The position numbers and the translations under genes are program-made. This document shows positions 21,001 through 30,201 of a stretch of DNA of 64,000 nt, piece by piece. Every line of letters begins with the position of its first letter. Position 1 is the stretch's first letter. The notes under the pieces are model-generated. The model did not search any database, had not been told where the DNA came from, and saw nothing but the letters and a program-made list of their open reading frames with translations. Source of the stretch: a virus. The DNA is taken from positions 1-64,000 of IMG/VR virus record IMGVR_UViG_3300035670_000141. One strand, given 5' to 3'.

Positions 21001-23520
21001 TAGATTTAACGCACCTAGTCCCACGGTAGCAGCCGCTGCCGCGCCAGCTAGCACCACTAATGCAGCTACTGTGGTTTTCACAGGGCCCGGCATTCCAGCG
21101 ATTGCACCAACCAACATGTTGGCCGTACCAACAAGTGGTCGCATTCCTATAACAGTTACTTCACCTAATTTGTTACCTAGCGCGTCTACAGTTCCTTGCA
21201 ATTGCAATATTTCAAGCCTTGCGCCACTCATTGCTTTTCTTGCAACATCCGTTGCGCCAGCGCTATTTTTCATATCACCAAACATCTTCACAATTGCTTG
21301 TGAATTTTGATTAAGAATCGCCAGCATTTTTGAGCCAGCTTCATCGCCAAATAATATATTTGTAAGCTGCACTTGATCCGCTTGACTTAAATCATCAAGG
21401 CCTTCTTTCAAGCGAAGAAATACTTGCTCAAGTGGCAATAGCTTGCCTTGAGCATCAATTACAGTTGCTCCGATTTTTTCCATCGCTGAAGCCAGCCTGG
21501 TTTGATTCCAGGCCAGTCCCATAACCTCTGGCGAAGCGCCCCCAGCGGCTTGCTGAAGCTTCGCCAGCGCAAACCTGAGGCCTGTACCTGCTACGGATCC
21601 TTGGATGCCAGCATTGGCCATTAGGCCTGTTGCTGCTGCAAGATCCTCAAGATTCACACCTAAAGACTTCGCGATTGGCGCAGCATATTGAAATGTATAT
21701 CCAAGGCCTTCAATACTTGCATTGCTGCTATTTGCTGCATTTGTTAATACATCAACAACACGACTTGTCTCCTGCACATCCAATCCAAATCCTCTTAATG
21801 TATTGCCTACGATTTCACCAAATTGTTGATATGCCGTACCGGTAGCTTCAGCCCCTCGCACGACACCAGGCAAAGCTTTGGTTACTTCATCAATACTAAA
21901 TCCAGCGCGTACTAATGACGTAGAAAGTTCTGCAACTTGTTTTGATGTACCCGCCGCTTCGATGCCAACTTGTTCAATTACAGTGCCAAGTTTTTGATAA
22001 CCGCCTTGTTCACCTGCCGCTGCCGCTGCTAATCTGATTTCCGAATCTAATTCAAGGAAGCCACCGACTAGGTTACGGACGGATCCTAGTGCTATAAGTA
22101 ATCCGTCGGTTATGTTGTTTGTTAGAGATAGTGCCGCGCCTGTAATAGCGGATTCTAATATATTAAATTCATCAAAATCTCCAACTTTTTTCCTGAGTTC
22201 ATTAAGCTCTCTTTCAGCCCTGTTAATCTCTTGACCAAGTTTTTTGAATTCCGAGGTGTCGATCGGTATAGTAAGTCTACGTTGTCTTAAATCACGAATT
22301 CGAGCCTCAAGTCTTGCGGTTAATGCAGCAATGCTATTAGTGTCAACATTTAACAATATCTTTTTTTGTCCTATGTCTTCAATTTCTTTTTGTATCTTAG
22401 TAATTTCAACTTCAAGCTTTTTGAATTCCGTGCTATCAACAGACACTTTCGTCTGTTTTGTTCGCAACTCATTTAACCTAGCGCTTAGTGCCTGAATAGA
22501 TTTTGGATCTACGTTTAGAGTGAGAAGTCTTTTATTTGCTTCAGTGATCTCATCTTTAATACTATCAATCTCTTTTTGCAGCTTAGTAAAGTCAGAGCTG
22601 TCAACATTTATCTTTGCTTGTTTTGCCTGAAGCTCGTTCAACTTAATTCCTAACGCTTGAATAGATTTTGGATCTACGTTTATAGCGAGAAGATTTTTGC
22701 TCGCGTCAGCAATTTGGGTTTTAACTTTATCAATATCTTTTTGTAGCTGAATAAACTCGGAACTATTAACACTTACTTTTGTTTGTCTTGATTGAAGTTC
22801 ATTCAACCTTGTCTGTAATCCCTGTAATGATTTTTCATCAAAATCAACAATTACCTGCTTATTTTCAATATCGCTTATGTTTTTTTCTGTCTCAGTAATT
22901 TGCTTTCCTAGATTTGTAAATTCTTCACTATTTACATTAACCCTAAGGCGAGCCTGTTTTAATTGATCTAACTTGTCTTGTAGAGCGGTAACTATTGATA
23001 AAACACTTTCAGCATTTGCATCAATAAGAATACGTCGTGACTGAACTTTGCCTAATTCTTTATTTACAGTATCAATTTCTCTTTGTAGCTCAATAAACTC
23101 TTTACTGTCGATATTAACAATTGTTTGCTTACTCTGAAGATCTGCTAATTTTTTTGATAGACCAGCAATGCTTCGATCGTCTATTTTTGATGGCGCTGAC
23201 AGCGCAGCCTTGAAGGCTTGCACGGCTTTTTGCGCGACGTTGAATTCTTTACTTACCTCTCCAATGCTTTTGATCACATTAGGAGGAACAATATCTCCTT
23301 TTGCTGTTTCAAACTGAAATTTTTGACTATTAAAAACCAGGCCAACTTTTTTTGCTGCTGCCGTAGCTTGAGCTATTAAATCATCCAACGCTTTCTTTGC
23401 GCCTTCACTCAACCCACTACCAAAATCCTTGCCGGCAATTCCCCCCGCTCTTTCAAGTTCGCGCGCAACTTCCTCTTGATTTTCAAGCAGAAGCGCTATA
23501 GAAACCTGAAGATCTGCCAC
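18091..23520 (-). CDS. tail tape measure protein (TP901-like core)
   Basis: 1809-aa helical protein; VVDVLTNAANSSNA...ANAGIQGSVAGTGLR; C-terminal RFAGG.V...INEIGRE. Confidence 0.92.
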   Translation of the reverse strand: MADLQVSIALLLENQEEVARELERAGGIAGKDFGSGLSEGAKKALDDLIAQATAAAKKVGLVFNSQKFQFETAKGDIVPPNVIKSIGEVSKEFNVAQKAVQAFKAALSAPSKIDDRSIAGLSKKLADLQSKQTIVNIDSKEFIELQREIDTVNKELGKVQSRRILIDANAESVLSIVTALQDKLDQLKQARLRVNVNSEEFTNLGKQITETEKNISDIENKQVIVDFDEKSLQGLQTRLNELQSRQTKVSVNSSEFIQLQKDIDKVKTQIADASKNLLAINVDPKSIQALGIKLNELQAKQAKINVDSSDFTKLQKEIDSIKDEITEANKRLLTLNVDPKSIQALSARLNELRTKQTKVSVDSTEFKKLEVEITKIQKEIEDIGQKKILLNVDTNSIAALTARLEARIRDLRQRRLTIPIDTSEFKKLGQEINRAERELNELRKKVGDFDEFNILESAITGAALSLTNNITDGLLIALGSVRNLVGGFLELDSEIRLAAAAAGEQGGYQKLGTVIEQVGIEAAGTSKQVAELSTSLVRAGFSIDEVTKALPGVVRGAEATGTAYQQFGEIVGNTLRGFGLDVQETSRVVDVLTNAANSSNASIEGLGYTFQYAAPIAKSLGVNLEDLAAATGLMANAGIQGSVAGTGLRFALAKLQQAAGGASPEVMGLAWNQTRLASAMEKIGATVIDAQGKLLPLEQVFLRLKEGLDDLSQADQVQLTNILFGDEAGSKMLAILNQNSQAIVKMFGDMKNSAGATDVARKAMSGARLEILQLQGTVDALGNKLGEVTVIGMRPLVGTANMLVGAIAGMPGPVKTTVAALVVLAGAAAAATVGLGALNLVVGQTGGWALLASNAKMAAASVASIGGTATLVIGAAAALAVFTGAIKETDEASRSLLQTMTSLAAAVATFRTLSTFKVPPILTAILSLSAGIAAYAGIGSQIKITSDEVRKLSEETKGLEDEITSLQSQVEEGKELGLDTKIAEDRIEKLSVKLQSLKGPLEIKLDLQKAESQVEELRSKLKANWQLGGPAAFGGRPSNTVKDQSIPIVFPLILPSMLMKQSSIVQGISSAVPSFYGTKTGEAGESLQLAQIEAAERIRDIYKEIERGKIENIVGEAAKRDATEIQKLSNKVNELKLAATKLPITAKTDRTAIDKELGVIQQRIEGLKARIKVDVNSEEVLLAQAAIERQLENTNLTAQQRNELEKDLLILTNERLKLQKEQISNADRINKVAESEKDKSITQLEFYKKLVEGTKAAATEQLAAGKITKSQAEENIRLVQLQQLEAEKLAKLNEIAAREAKRESTTSLRAQLTEIEEKKIPLIEQSRQASLEKELSLIQVQKAEYLAIVSNRLAEKEITTQQYENELRYIDRVAIEREKVSKQRQLALVDPESQEGLGLRAQIASLDKSLAENRLATAKAVSEQIASEVESYSTMVDLASKRLDIENQSREQSKNGYDIEMQLVQAITEQIRARQELIRSEFAVSGAFINRDIADAQAVLSSLQSGLEKTNGKDDRVGISNQIARQEAYIASLKNRASKEAIRAKEIELAGLQEQERIEMVSLDLKQRMAIIDQESRSAQSRFLNYQAAIELKRTLAKSKDPNLAAQERKELMDMAKIQEEALNLSSMDVKFQNEKLKTLQQINRIERDNLLMNQQSRRNNVFSELVNLGGARFAGGDVTPNKDWIINEIGRESFLSDSGQLSWINRPANSLWRPPSKGMVIPANVSEYLASAGLLPGGSGRGSAGTGGRLDRIAYSIGMSGDITDRMMRQTLAMGKLQKSIDKLASKDWSITVPIPSNARLLRTTGGF

Positions 23521-23553
23521 GTTTCGACTACGTTATGTTTTATTTTTCCCGAA

Positions 23554-23985
23554 TCAAGGTGTGATCATCGCAACATTAGACGTCCATGTTATTGTATGCT
23601 GCTGAAGCCCTGACGTTAGGTCGTCTATTGTTACATCAGCAGCATTAGCGCCAGGAAGTAGCAATAAAATATGATTGATTACAGCGTCTTGATTGAAGAT
23701 TCCATTGCTAGGCTCCCATTGAATCACGGAAATTCTAAAAGTTGGATTAACATTTATTTGCCCGGTCTCAGTTGTCTTAACCATGGTGCCTTGCGCTGAT
23801 CTATAGACAATTACTTCAACACCAGACGTGCTACTTGTTGCTTCAATAGATTCATTTGGGAACAAATGCGCTAGTGCTAGCCTTGTGGTGCCATCACGTA
23901 AATTATGAACACCTAGCAATGCTGTTAGATCAGTATCCGCCGCAAATAAGTCAAAAATTTCATAGCTGTTAATCGGTAGTGTCAT
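23554..23985 (-). CDS. putative tail terminator/completion protein
   Basis: Size and position before the tape measure gene. Confidence 0.5.
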   Translation of the reverse strand: MTLPINSYEIFDLFAADTDLTALLGVHNLRDGTTRLALAHLFPNESIEATSSTSGVEVIVYRSAQGTMVKTTETGQINVNPTFRISVIQWEPSNGIFNQDAVINHILLLLPGANAADVTIDDLTSGLQQHTITWTSNVAMITP

Positions 23986-24067
23986 GGCTTGATCTTTCAA
24001 ATTGTTACAACTGTGCTGATTTTATATCATTATGCCCTAAGATGACAAGGCAACTTGCAAATCTTTT

Positions 24068-24265
24068 GTGGAATTGTCATTTGCTCAACAATTTGAACTT
24101 GAACGCCAATTGCGTGCTATTGATGGTGAGTGTGATACCGAAAAACTGCGATCCTTATGCAAAGACCTGATCCGCTCATGGCACGCGCAAAGATCTGCTA
24201 CATTATTCTTTATGAAGCAAACATTGCCACAACGCAATGCACAATCTCATCAGGCTAATTTGTGA
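24068..24265 (+). CDS. nblA: NblA-like phycobilisome degradation adaptor (putative)
   Basis: ELSFAQQFELERQLRAI...LRSLCKDLIRSW helix-loop-helix resembling NblA LSxEQQF; HLR1-like box upstream. Confidence 0.5.
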   Translation: MELSFAQQFELERQLRAIDGECDTEKLRSLCKDLIRSWHAQRSATLFFMKQTLPQRNAQSHQANL

Positions 24266-24396
24266 AGAACCTATTGACTCGCCAAATGATGGTCCGGTAG
24301 TCTATGATGTCTTGCAACATGAAGCACAAGCAATGCTAGATTATTTGCATTCTATTGGATGGAAAAAGGTCTCATCCTGGCAACTTTGTTATTATC

Positions 24397-25116
24397 ATGA
24401 CTGAAATGACTTTTCAGCGATTTTTAGATCGCTTCAATGCTTATTCAGGATTACAACATCAAAAAGATGGTGTAAGGCAATTGTATGACGCCATACAAAA
24501 GGGGGCGCCAGAACAGCTCCGTGAGAATGCCCCATGGGCTAAAACATTTTCCCCTGTATCCGTTGCACGCCCGGCGAATCCATTGCCTGTAGCCTATTTT
24601 GAGCAGGGTGATAACGGCCCTGAAGGGTGGAGGGAATGCCAGCCAACAGCAGTTTCGATGGGCCTTAACCATTTGCGCGTCAGGGATCCTTTCGGTCCTG
24701 GTGTCATTGACGACAACAGTTTTGTTAAGTTGGTTAAGCGTTATGGTGATGTAACAAGTCAATCTGCGGTATCAAAAGCTCTTGACTTCTTAAAAGTTAA
24801 GTATAGATTCACCACGAATTGCACAGTTGAACAGGCCAAGCAAGAAATTGATAATGGAAGGCCATTAGCAGTTGGGATGCTGCATCGTGGCCCCGTAACC
24901 CGCCCAACAGGTGGTGGGCATTATATTACCATCATTGGATACAACGAAAGAGGATGGATTGTGCATGATCCATACGGAGAACAGGATCTAGTAAATGGAG
25001 GCTTTGTTAAGGTCGGCGGCCTTCATGGTATGCGTCTTCAATATAGCTATAGAAACACTAATCCACGATGGACCGTAGAAGGTCCAAATAGTGGATGGGC
25101 TTGGATTTTTAACTAA
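24397..25116 (+). CDS. C39-like peptidase (endolysin candidate)
   Basis: YFEQ.DN...ECQPT, LHRG...GGGHY, HDPYGE catalytic motifs. Confidence 0.8.
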   Translation: MTEMTFQRFLDRFNAYSGLQHQKDGVRQLYDAIQKGAPEQLRENAPWAKTFSPVSVARPANPLPVAYFEQGDNGPEGWRECQPTAVSMGLNHLRVRDPFGPGVIDDNSFVKLVKRYGDVTSQSAVSKALDFLKVKYRFTTNCTVEQAKQEIDNGRPLAVGMLHRGPVTRPTGGGHYITIIGYNERGWIVHDPYGEQDLVNGGFVKVGGLHGMRLQYSYRNTNPRWTVEGPNSGWAWIFN

Positions 25117-25128
25117 TCAAGGTACAAA

Positions 25129-25812
25129 ATGTCAACAAAGTGGTTAAAATGGTCACCCAAAGAGGTGCAAATTTTGCAGTCGCTTGCTGGTGAACTTCCA
25201 ACAAGTCTCATTCAAAAAAGGCTAAGTAAGTATGGCCATGAGCGATCTATTAGAGCTATACAATGCAAGGCGTATGATCTGGGTCTCAGTCTTGTAGTAT
25301 CACATTCTTCCTTGTTGCATCTTGTTGATGTAGCAAATTTACTAAAACGCGATCCAAGCGCTATAAGATCACTAGCGAAAAATAATCCAAAAGTAGCTAA
25401 AATTTTAGCTCTTAGAAAGATTGATCGCAAGATTTTTATAGCTAGAAAAAATCTAGTTAAACTGGCCTATGAAAGACCATCTTTTTTTGCAGGCGCACCG
25501 CAAGAAAACTTGCTATACCTACTAGAAGACCCTGCTTTGGTTGAAACCATTGTAGGTCTATTCCCTTCAAAAGTTATGGATTTTAGGGTTAGGTCATCTG
25601 ATGGTGAGATATGGGAAAGTGTAAATCAGATTGGGCGCGTATTTAACGTTCCCGCTGAAAGAATCTTTAGGTCTATCAAGATTGGTCATCCTGTTGTCGT
25701 TTCAAATGGCTTTAAGAAATGTGCCTTAACATTTGAGCGGATAGGCACACCACGTTCTAAAATAGGAAAGACACTGCAGGAGCTTCAAGGTGAAAGTTCT
25801 GATCACAACTGA
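25129..25812 (+). CDS. putative DNA-binding protein
   Basis: WSPKEVQIL...RSIRAI..KA..LG Myb/HTH-like N-terminus. Confidence 0.5.
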   Translation: MSTKWLKWSPKEVQILQSLAGELPTSLIQKRLSKYGHERSIRAIQCKAYDLGLSLVVSHSSLLHLVDVANLLKRDPSAIRSLAKNNPKVAKILALRKIDRKIFIARKNLVKLAYERPSFFAGAPQENLLYLLEDPALVETIVGLFPSKVMDFRVRSSDGEIWESVNQIGRVFNVPAERIFRSIKIGHPVVVSNGFKKCALTFERIGTPRSKIGKTLQELQGESSDHN

Positions 25813-26155
25813 AGGTGGTTTTATCGGGCCATTTTGGTGGCGCAATAAATCACCTGTTCTTAATGGTCAACTAGCCAGTGCTGATGGTGGATGGATTGAT
25901 CATTATTTTACACTTCATGGCAGTTGGGGGATGAGCAAGAATTTTGTTTCTTGTATTAAGTTACGCGACGTTGAAATTCATCAAATTAAGGATGGATTAG
26001 ATGAAATTGCTATATCAGAAATACCAAAGTTTTTTCTTGATTCCATAAAGATCAGCTTAATTCGAGCGCTCATGATCACAACATATAAAATCGCGACCTC
26101 TCTTCAAATCAATCACTTAAACAATTGCCTTAATTTAGAATGTCAACCCAAGTAA
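25790..26155 (+). CDS. hypothetical protein
   Basis: Overlapping ORF within the operon. Confidence 0.45.
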   Translation: MKVLITTEGGFIGPFWWRNKSPVLNGQLASADGGWIDHYFTLHGSWGMSKNFVSCIKLRDVEIHQIKDGLDEIAISEIPKFFLDSIKISLIRALMITTYKIATSLQINHLNNCLNLECQPK

Positions 26156-26354
26156 CTTCATTACGCAGAAAAAACCTGCGTCGTCGATCAATGCGATCAC
26201 AGCCAATGATTCATTGGCAAGTATTATTGGGCTTTATGCTTACATTTTCTCCTTTTGTGGGGTGGGTTTTTTATACTCATCTTGAGCAAATTACCGCCTT
26301 TTTTGATGCTAATCAAACCTAGCATCAGCCCTTAACGTTTCCCACCTTTTGACA

Positions 26355-27485
26355 ATGCAACTTGTCTGCTCCCAAAGCGAATTGACCACTGCGCTGGCCG
26401 CTGTGGTCAAAGCGGTCCCAAGCCGCCCATCCCATCCAATCCTGATCAACGTGCTGCTTAATGCAACACAAGGATTCTTATCGCTGACCGGATATGATCT
26501 GAATCTTGGTATTCAGACCAAAATTACCGCATCAGTTTCAACTGATGGCACTACAGCGGTACCGCACCGCTTGATGCAAGATATTGTATCAAAACTACCA
26601 TCAGACAGTCCGATCAGCCTTAGTCTTTCAGAAGAAAGGTTGACGATTTCAAGTACAACTGGTAGCTATGAACTTGCAGTCAATAATCCTAGTGATTATC
26701 CAGATTTTCCAACGGTTGAAGGGGATCCGATCATATTTCCTGCAAGTGTATTTACTCAAGCCATTAGGCAAGTATCTTTTTGCGCTAGCACTGATGAATC
26801 AAAACAAGTTCTCATGGGAGTCAATATAACCAGCGCTGCAAATGTTGTTAAGGCAGCTTGCACCGATGGACATAGACTTGCAGTTTCTACTTATGAAGAT
26901 GTCAACGTGTCAGGAGATGATTTTAATATCACTATTCCTGCAGCGTCAATAGTAGAGGCAACTAAATTAGCTCTTGATGATATTAGTATTACGACTAATA
27001 AGCATAGTCAACTATTGGTTAAGATGGGCAATACGTTATTGACAACCCGTGCATTTAACGCAAATTACCCTAATTATGAAGAGCTAATCCCAAAAACCTT
27101 TAAGCAAGTTTTCACCTTAGATCGCAAGGGTTTTACGTCCGCACTTAATCGTGTGGCCACAATTGTTCATGCCGGCAATAACGTGATAAAGCTTGTTTTT
27201 GATGGTGATATGTTGTCAATCATGGCAGATGATCAGCAAAATAAAGCTAGTGAAAAACTACCTTTGCAGAATAAAAATACATCTGAAGAGGAATTTATGG
27301 TTGCCTTGAACGCGACTTATGTATTGTCGGCTGTTAAGGCAATATCAACAGATCACATAAATTTGTATTTTAATTACCCAACAACGCCTATGTTAATCAA
27401 GCCTGATTACAACCTTGATGATGAAGCCGCTGCGTCCATTACAATGCAAACATACCTAATCATGCCGGTTCAAATTACAACTTAG
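26355..27485 (+). CDS. dnaN: DNA polymerase III beta sliding clamp
   Basis: SRPSHPIL, ASTDESKQVLMGV, TDGHRLA, YPNYEELIP, YLIMPVQ. Confidence 0.95.
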   Translation: MQLVCSQSELTTALAAVVKAVPSRPSHPILINVLLNATQGFLSLTGYDLNLGIQTKITASVSTDGTTAVPHRLMQDIVSKLPSDSPISLSLSEERLTISSTTGSYELAVNNPSDYPDFPTVEGDPIIFPASVFTQAIRQVSFCASTDESKQVLMGVNITSAANVVKAACTDGHRLAVSTYEDVNVSGDDFNITIPAASIVEATKLALDDISITTNKHSQLLVKMGNTLLTTRAFNANYPNYEELIPKTFKQVFTLDRKGFTSALNRVATIVHAGNNVIKLVFDGDMLSIMADDQQNKASEKLPLQNKNTSEEEFMVALNATYVLSAVKAISTDHINLYFNYPTTPMLIKPDYNLDDEAAASITMQTYLIMPVQITT

Positions 27486-27512
27486 TCATCAAAGGCTAAA
27501 TCATTACAAAAT

Positions 27513-27539
27513 AAAGCCCCTATCAATTAGGGGCTTTTT
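27513..27539. terminator. bidirectional terminator
   Basis: AAAGCCCCTA...TAGGGGCTTTTT between convergent dnaN and tail tube genes. Confidence 0.8.
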
Positions 27540-27557
27540 CGTGCTTTAATTCAACTA

Positions 27558-28418
27558 TTAACCTGATGTGTTGTCTAAGATTTTGTAGACACCACCTATC
27601 ACGGTTAATGTAGTCGTGAATTTAGCCAATGTGCCAGAATCACCATCTTCGCTGATACTAGAAAACATGCCGTAGCACAGCAGCTTTTCTGTAGTACCAC
27701 CAGGCCCGACGCGAAGGTATTTGAAGCCCAATTGTTCGGTTGTGCTAAATGTATCTAAAACCGAAAGAATTTTATGATCTACATTTCGATGTACGGTCAT
27801 CCCTTTGATAGCAGCACTCCTGCTATCTGTAAGGGAAATTGTAATTGCATTCCCCAAGGTTGCTTGGTCATCAGTGATAACAGATTCAGTATTGGTGGAA
27901 GTAGAAAAAGGACCGCCCGTAATGTTATTCAACATAATTGGGCGTCCGGTTCCATTTAATGGGTATACACCATTCACAACAGTACCAGTATCAGCACCGC
28001 TAGCAATCGTGGCACCAGTTTGATCATAGGTAATCCCCGTTGATGTAACTGTTTTGACCGGAAATGTGCCGTTGATTGAAGTATTAGTTACGGCTGTAAC
28101 TTTTACAATATCACCAACCGCAACCTTGCCAGTAGGATCAGCGGAAAATGTAAGCGTCACAACCCCAGTCGATCTTGCTACATTAGTAATTGAAAATGTT
28201 TCAGCACCAACAAGCAATTCAAAGGTGCTACCAGTCCCGGAATAGGTTACAGTTTTAACCCCAGAGATAGCCTTTGTTGTATCCAGCCAGCTTGAAAGCA
28301 GTGCGCCTTGATTGGCGGCAGCAGTAGCGGCATCCTCCAGTACGATAGAAGAACGCCTCATCGGCACAATATAATGCTGCCGATCAAGTACGCTAGTGTA
28401 CGCAACTGAAGTAGCCAT
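27558..28418 (-). CDS. major tail tube protein
   Basis: T/S/G-rich, 286 aa, own late motif; tube-like C-terminus. Confidence 0.65.
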   Translation of the reverse strand: MATSVAYTSVLDRQHYIVPMRRSSIVLEDAATAAANQGALLSSWLDTTKAISGVKTVTYSGTGSTFELLVGAETFSITNVARSTGVVTLTFSADPTGKVAVGDIVKVTAVTNTSINGTFPVKTVTSTGITYDQTGATIASGADTGTVVNGVYPLNGTGRPIMLNNITGGPFSTSTNTESVITDDQATLGNAITISLTDSRSAAIKGMTVHRNVDHKILSVLDTFSTTEQLGFKYLRVGPGGTTEKLLCYGMFSSISEDGDSGTLAKFTTTLTVIGGVYKILDNTSG

Positions 28419-28457
28419 GGTGAATCAGTGGATCAGTGGATCAGTGGTTTTCTAGCG

Positions 28458-29126
28458 TTAGTTTTCCCGATTTTTAATTGTTAACCTAGCTTCACCATTG
28501 CTTGCGCCATAAGCTCCTTTTGGCACTATATCTTCAGGGATTTGCATTACTACCGATGATCCTTTCTCGTCATAAAATACTCTTGTTGCACCATTGGCGC
28601 TTGCTTCCGCGATTAACATGCCTCCCCATTGATCCTGCCCGGCTCGCCATGGTGCTAGCAGCACGGCATCTTCGGCGGCCCAGCATAGCCTAGATGGTGG
28701 TGTCACATCCTTTCCTGCGGTTGCTAAATCCTGCAACCAAGGACCATTTGTTACAACATCCGGCAATAATTCCTGCTCCAATAGCGCTAACATTGCAGCA
28801 CCAGCAGCGCTTGGCGGCATCGGCTTTTCTGTTACTTCCGCATAAAAACAAAAATCTTTTAGGTCAAATGGTTCACTCCTGATTTCTCTATTACGATTTG
28901 CCTCTGCATTTAGCAATGCAATTTGAGCGGTTGTTAACTCTTCTCTATGAAGCCTTTCCTTTTCGTGTTTGTATCCCCTCTTGAGCGCCTCGAGGACGTA
29001 ACGCGACGGGAGCTTGCCGAATGATTCTCTGCTAAATTCAGCGGCGCCTGGCCAGAGTCTACGACATTCCCAGTAGGCATCAATCCAGTTCGTGCGGCTA
29101 CAATCGACTGTATCGCCGCTTGTAAC
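28458..29126 (-). CDS. tail assembly chaperone, -1 frameshift extension (G-T-like)
   Basis: The -1 frame from A AAA AAG (29132-29126) is open into the 28458..28916 ORF. Confidence 0.7.
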   Translation of the reverse strand, partial: VTSGDTVDCSRTNWIDAYWECRRLWPGAAEFSRESFGKLPSRYVLEALKRGYKHEKERLHREELTTAQIALLNAEANRNREIRSEPFDLKDFCFYAEVTEKPMPPSAAGAAMLALLEQELLPDVVTNGPWLQDLATAGKDVTPPSRLCWAAEDAVLLAPWRAGQDQWGGMLIAEASANGATRVFYDEKGSSVVMQIPEDIVPKGAYGASNGEARLTIKNREN

Positions 29127-29704
29127 TTTTTTAGATCATCCTCAATTCCGCGACGTTGCTCTGTTGGGTCTTCATTTTTGCCATTAGATTCCTCTTGTTG
29201 TTGTATCGCATATAAAGAAAGCTTAATACTTTCAGGAAGATCAGTTGTATTTTCATCACTCCATTCTGGCTTAATTCTTTGCATCATAACAGTTGCACTT
29301 CTTGTTGTGATTTGCGCTTCTAATTCTTTAATTGATTCTAGGTATTCATCCAAGACGCCTCTATAATTAAGTTCAAGCTCTTCTTTTAATGGATCAAGTT
29401 CAAAGCCTAATGGCCTAACACCTTTGTGTTCAAAATGTATTGTGCTAAGCATCAAAAACAACTGATGAGATTGTGGGATATTTTCGTAACCATTCTTTTC
29501 TAACAGCTCCTTAAGTTTTACAGTAGTCTTTAGCGTGATTCTATAAATCGTATTATCTGGATCAATCTCTCTAATCAATGTTAATTCATGTGCTGTCATA
29601 TAACCAAAGCGTGGTATTGAAAATCTACCTCCCTGCCACGTAATTTCAAAAGGTTCTAACTCAAGCTTTGGCGATGATTCCCAAGGGATCAGATCAATTG
29701 TCAT
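28934..29704 (-). CDS. tail assembly chaperone (G-like)
   Basis: Contains the CTA AAA AAG slippery site. Confidence 0.7.
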   Translation of the reverse strand: MTIDLIPWESSPKLELEPFEITWQGGRFSIPRFGYMTAHELTLIREIDPDNTIYRITLKTTVKLKELLEKNGYENIPQSHQLFLMLSTIHFEHKGVRPLGFELDPLKEELELNYRGVLDEYLESIKELEAQITTRSATVMMQRIKPEWSDENTTDLPESIKLSLYAIQQQEESNGKNEDPTEQRRGIEDDLKKLQAAIQSIVAARTGLMPTGNVVDSGQAPLNLAENHSASSRRVTSSRRSRGDTNTKRKGFIEKS

Positions 29705-30201
29705 AACTTACGGTAAGCAGAGATAAATGCTAGCTTAAACATCTTACCATAAGGATATGGTTCAATACCTGGAATTGCAATTGTTCCCAAAACTGCAGAT
29801 GTCCATGGTCTTGCCGGTAGGTCAACTTTAGGTCTTGATTTATCACCCCAAGGGTGAATTTTAGCGCCATAGTGCACTGCTGTTGCATAAACAACAGGCC
29901 ACTTAAATGTAGCCAGGGTACCTGAAATTGTATAGTATCCAGATGCTCTTAATGTGCCAAGATCTACTATATTACGTGGACTTCCCACGATGATACCAGA
30001 TGTTTTCTTGCCTGATTTTGTATAGCTACCACTTCGCATTGTTTTACGTGGCCATTGCCATACCTCTGCACCCATCGCAGCCATAAAGGCAGAATTAAGC
30101 TCAGGAAATACAAAGGCCGCTGCTTTTTCAGCGGCAAGATTGATCTTTCTATTAAAAGAAGGGTTTAATTTAACACCTGATACCCTTGTTGTTAGTTTCA
30201 T
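29701..30201 (-). CDS. HK97 gp10-like neck/tail completion protein
   Basis: VDLGTLRAS, YATAVHYG and ARPW motifs. Confidence 0.7.
   Translation of the reverse strand: MKLTTRVSGVKLNPSFNRKINLAAEKAAAFVFPELNSAFMAAMGAEVWQWPRKTMRSGSYTKSGKKTSGIIVGSPRNIVDLGTLRASGYYTISGTLATFKWPVVYATAVHYGAKIHPWGDKSRPKVDLPARPWTSAVLGTIAIPGIEPYPYGKMFKLAFISAYRKL

Noticed and set aside
28424..28447. ATCAGTGG x3 tandem repeat upstream of the tail tube gene
   Set aside because: Short microsatellite-like repeat with no evidence of function.
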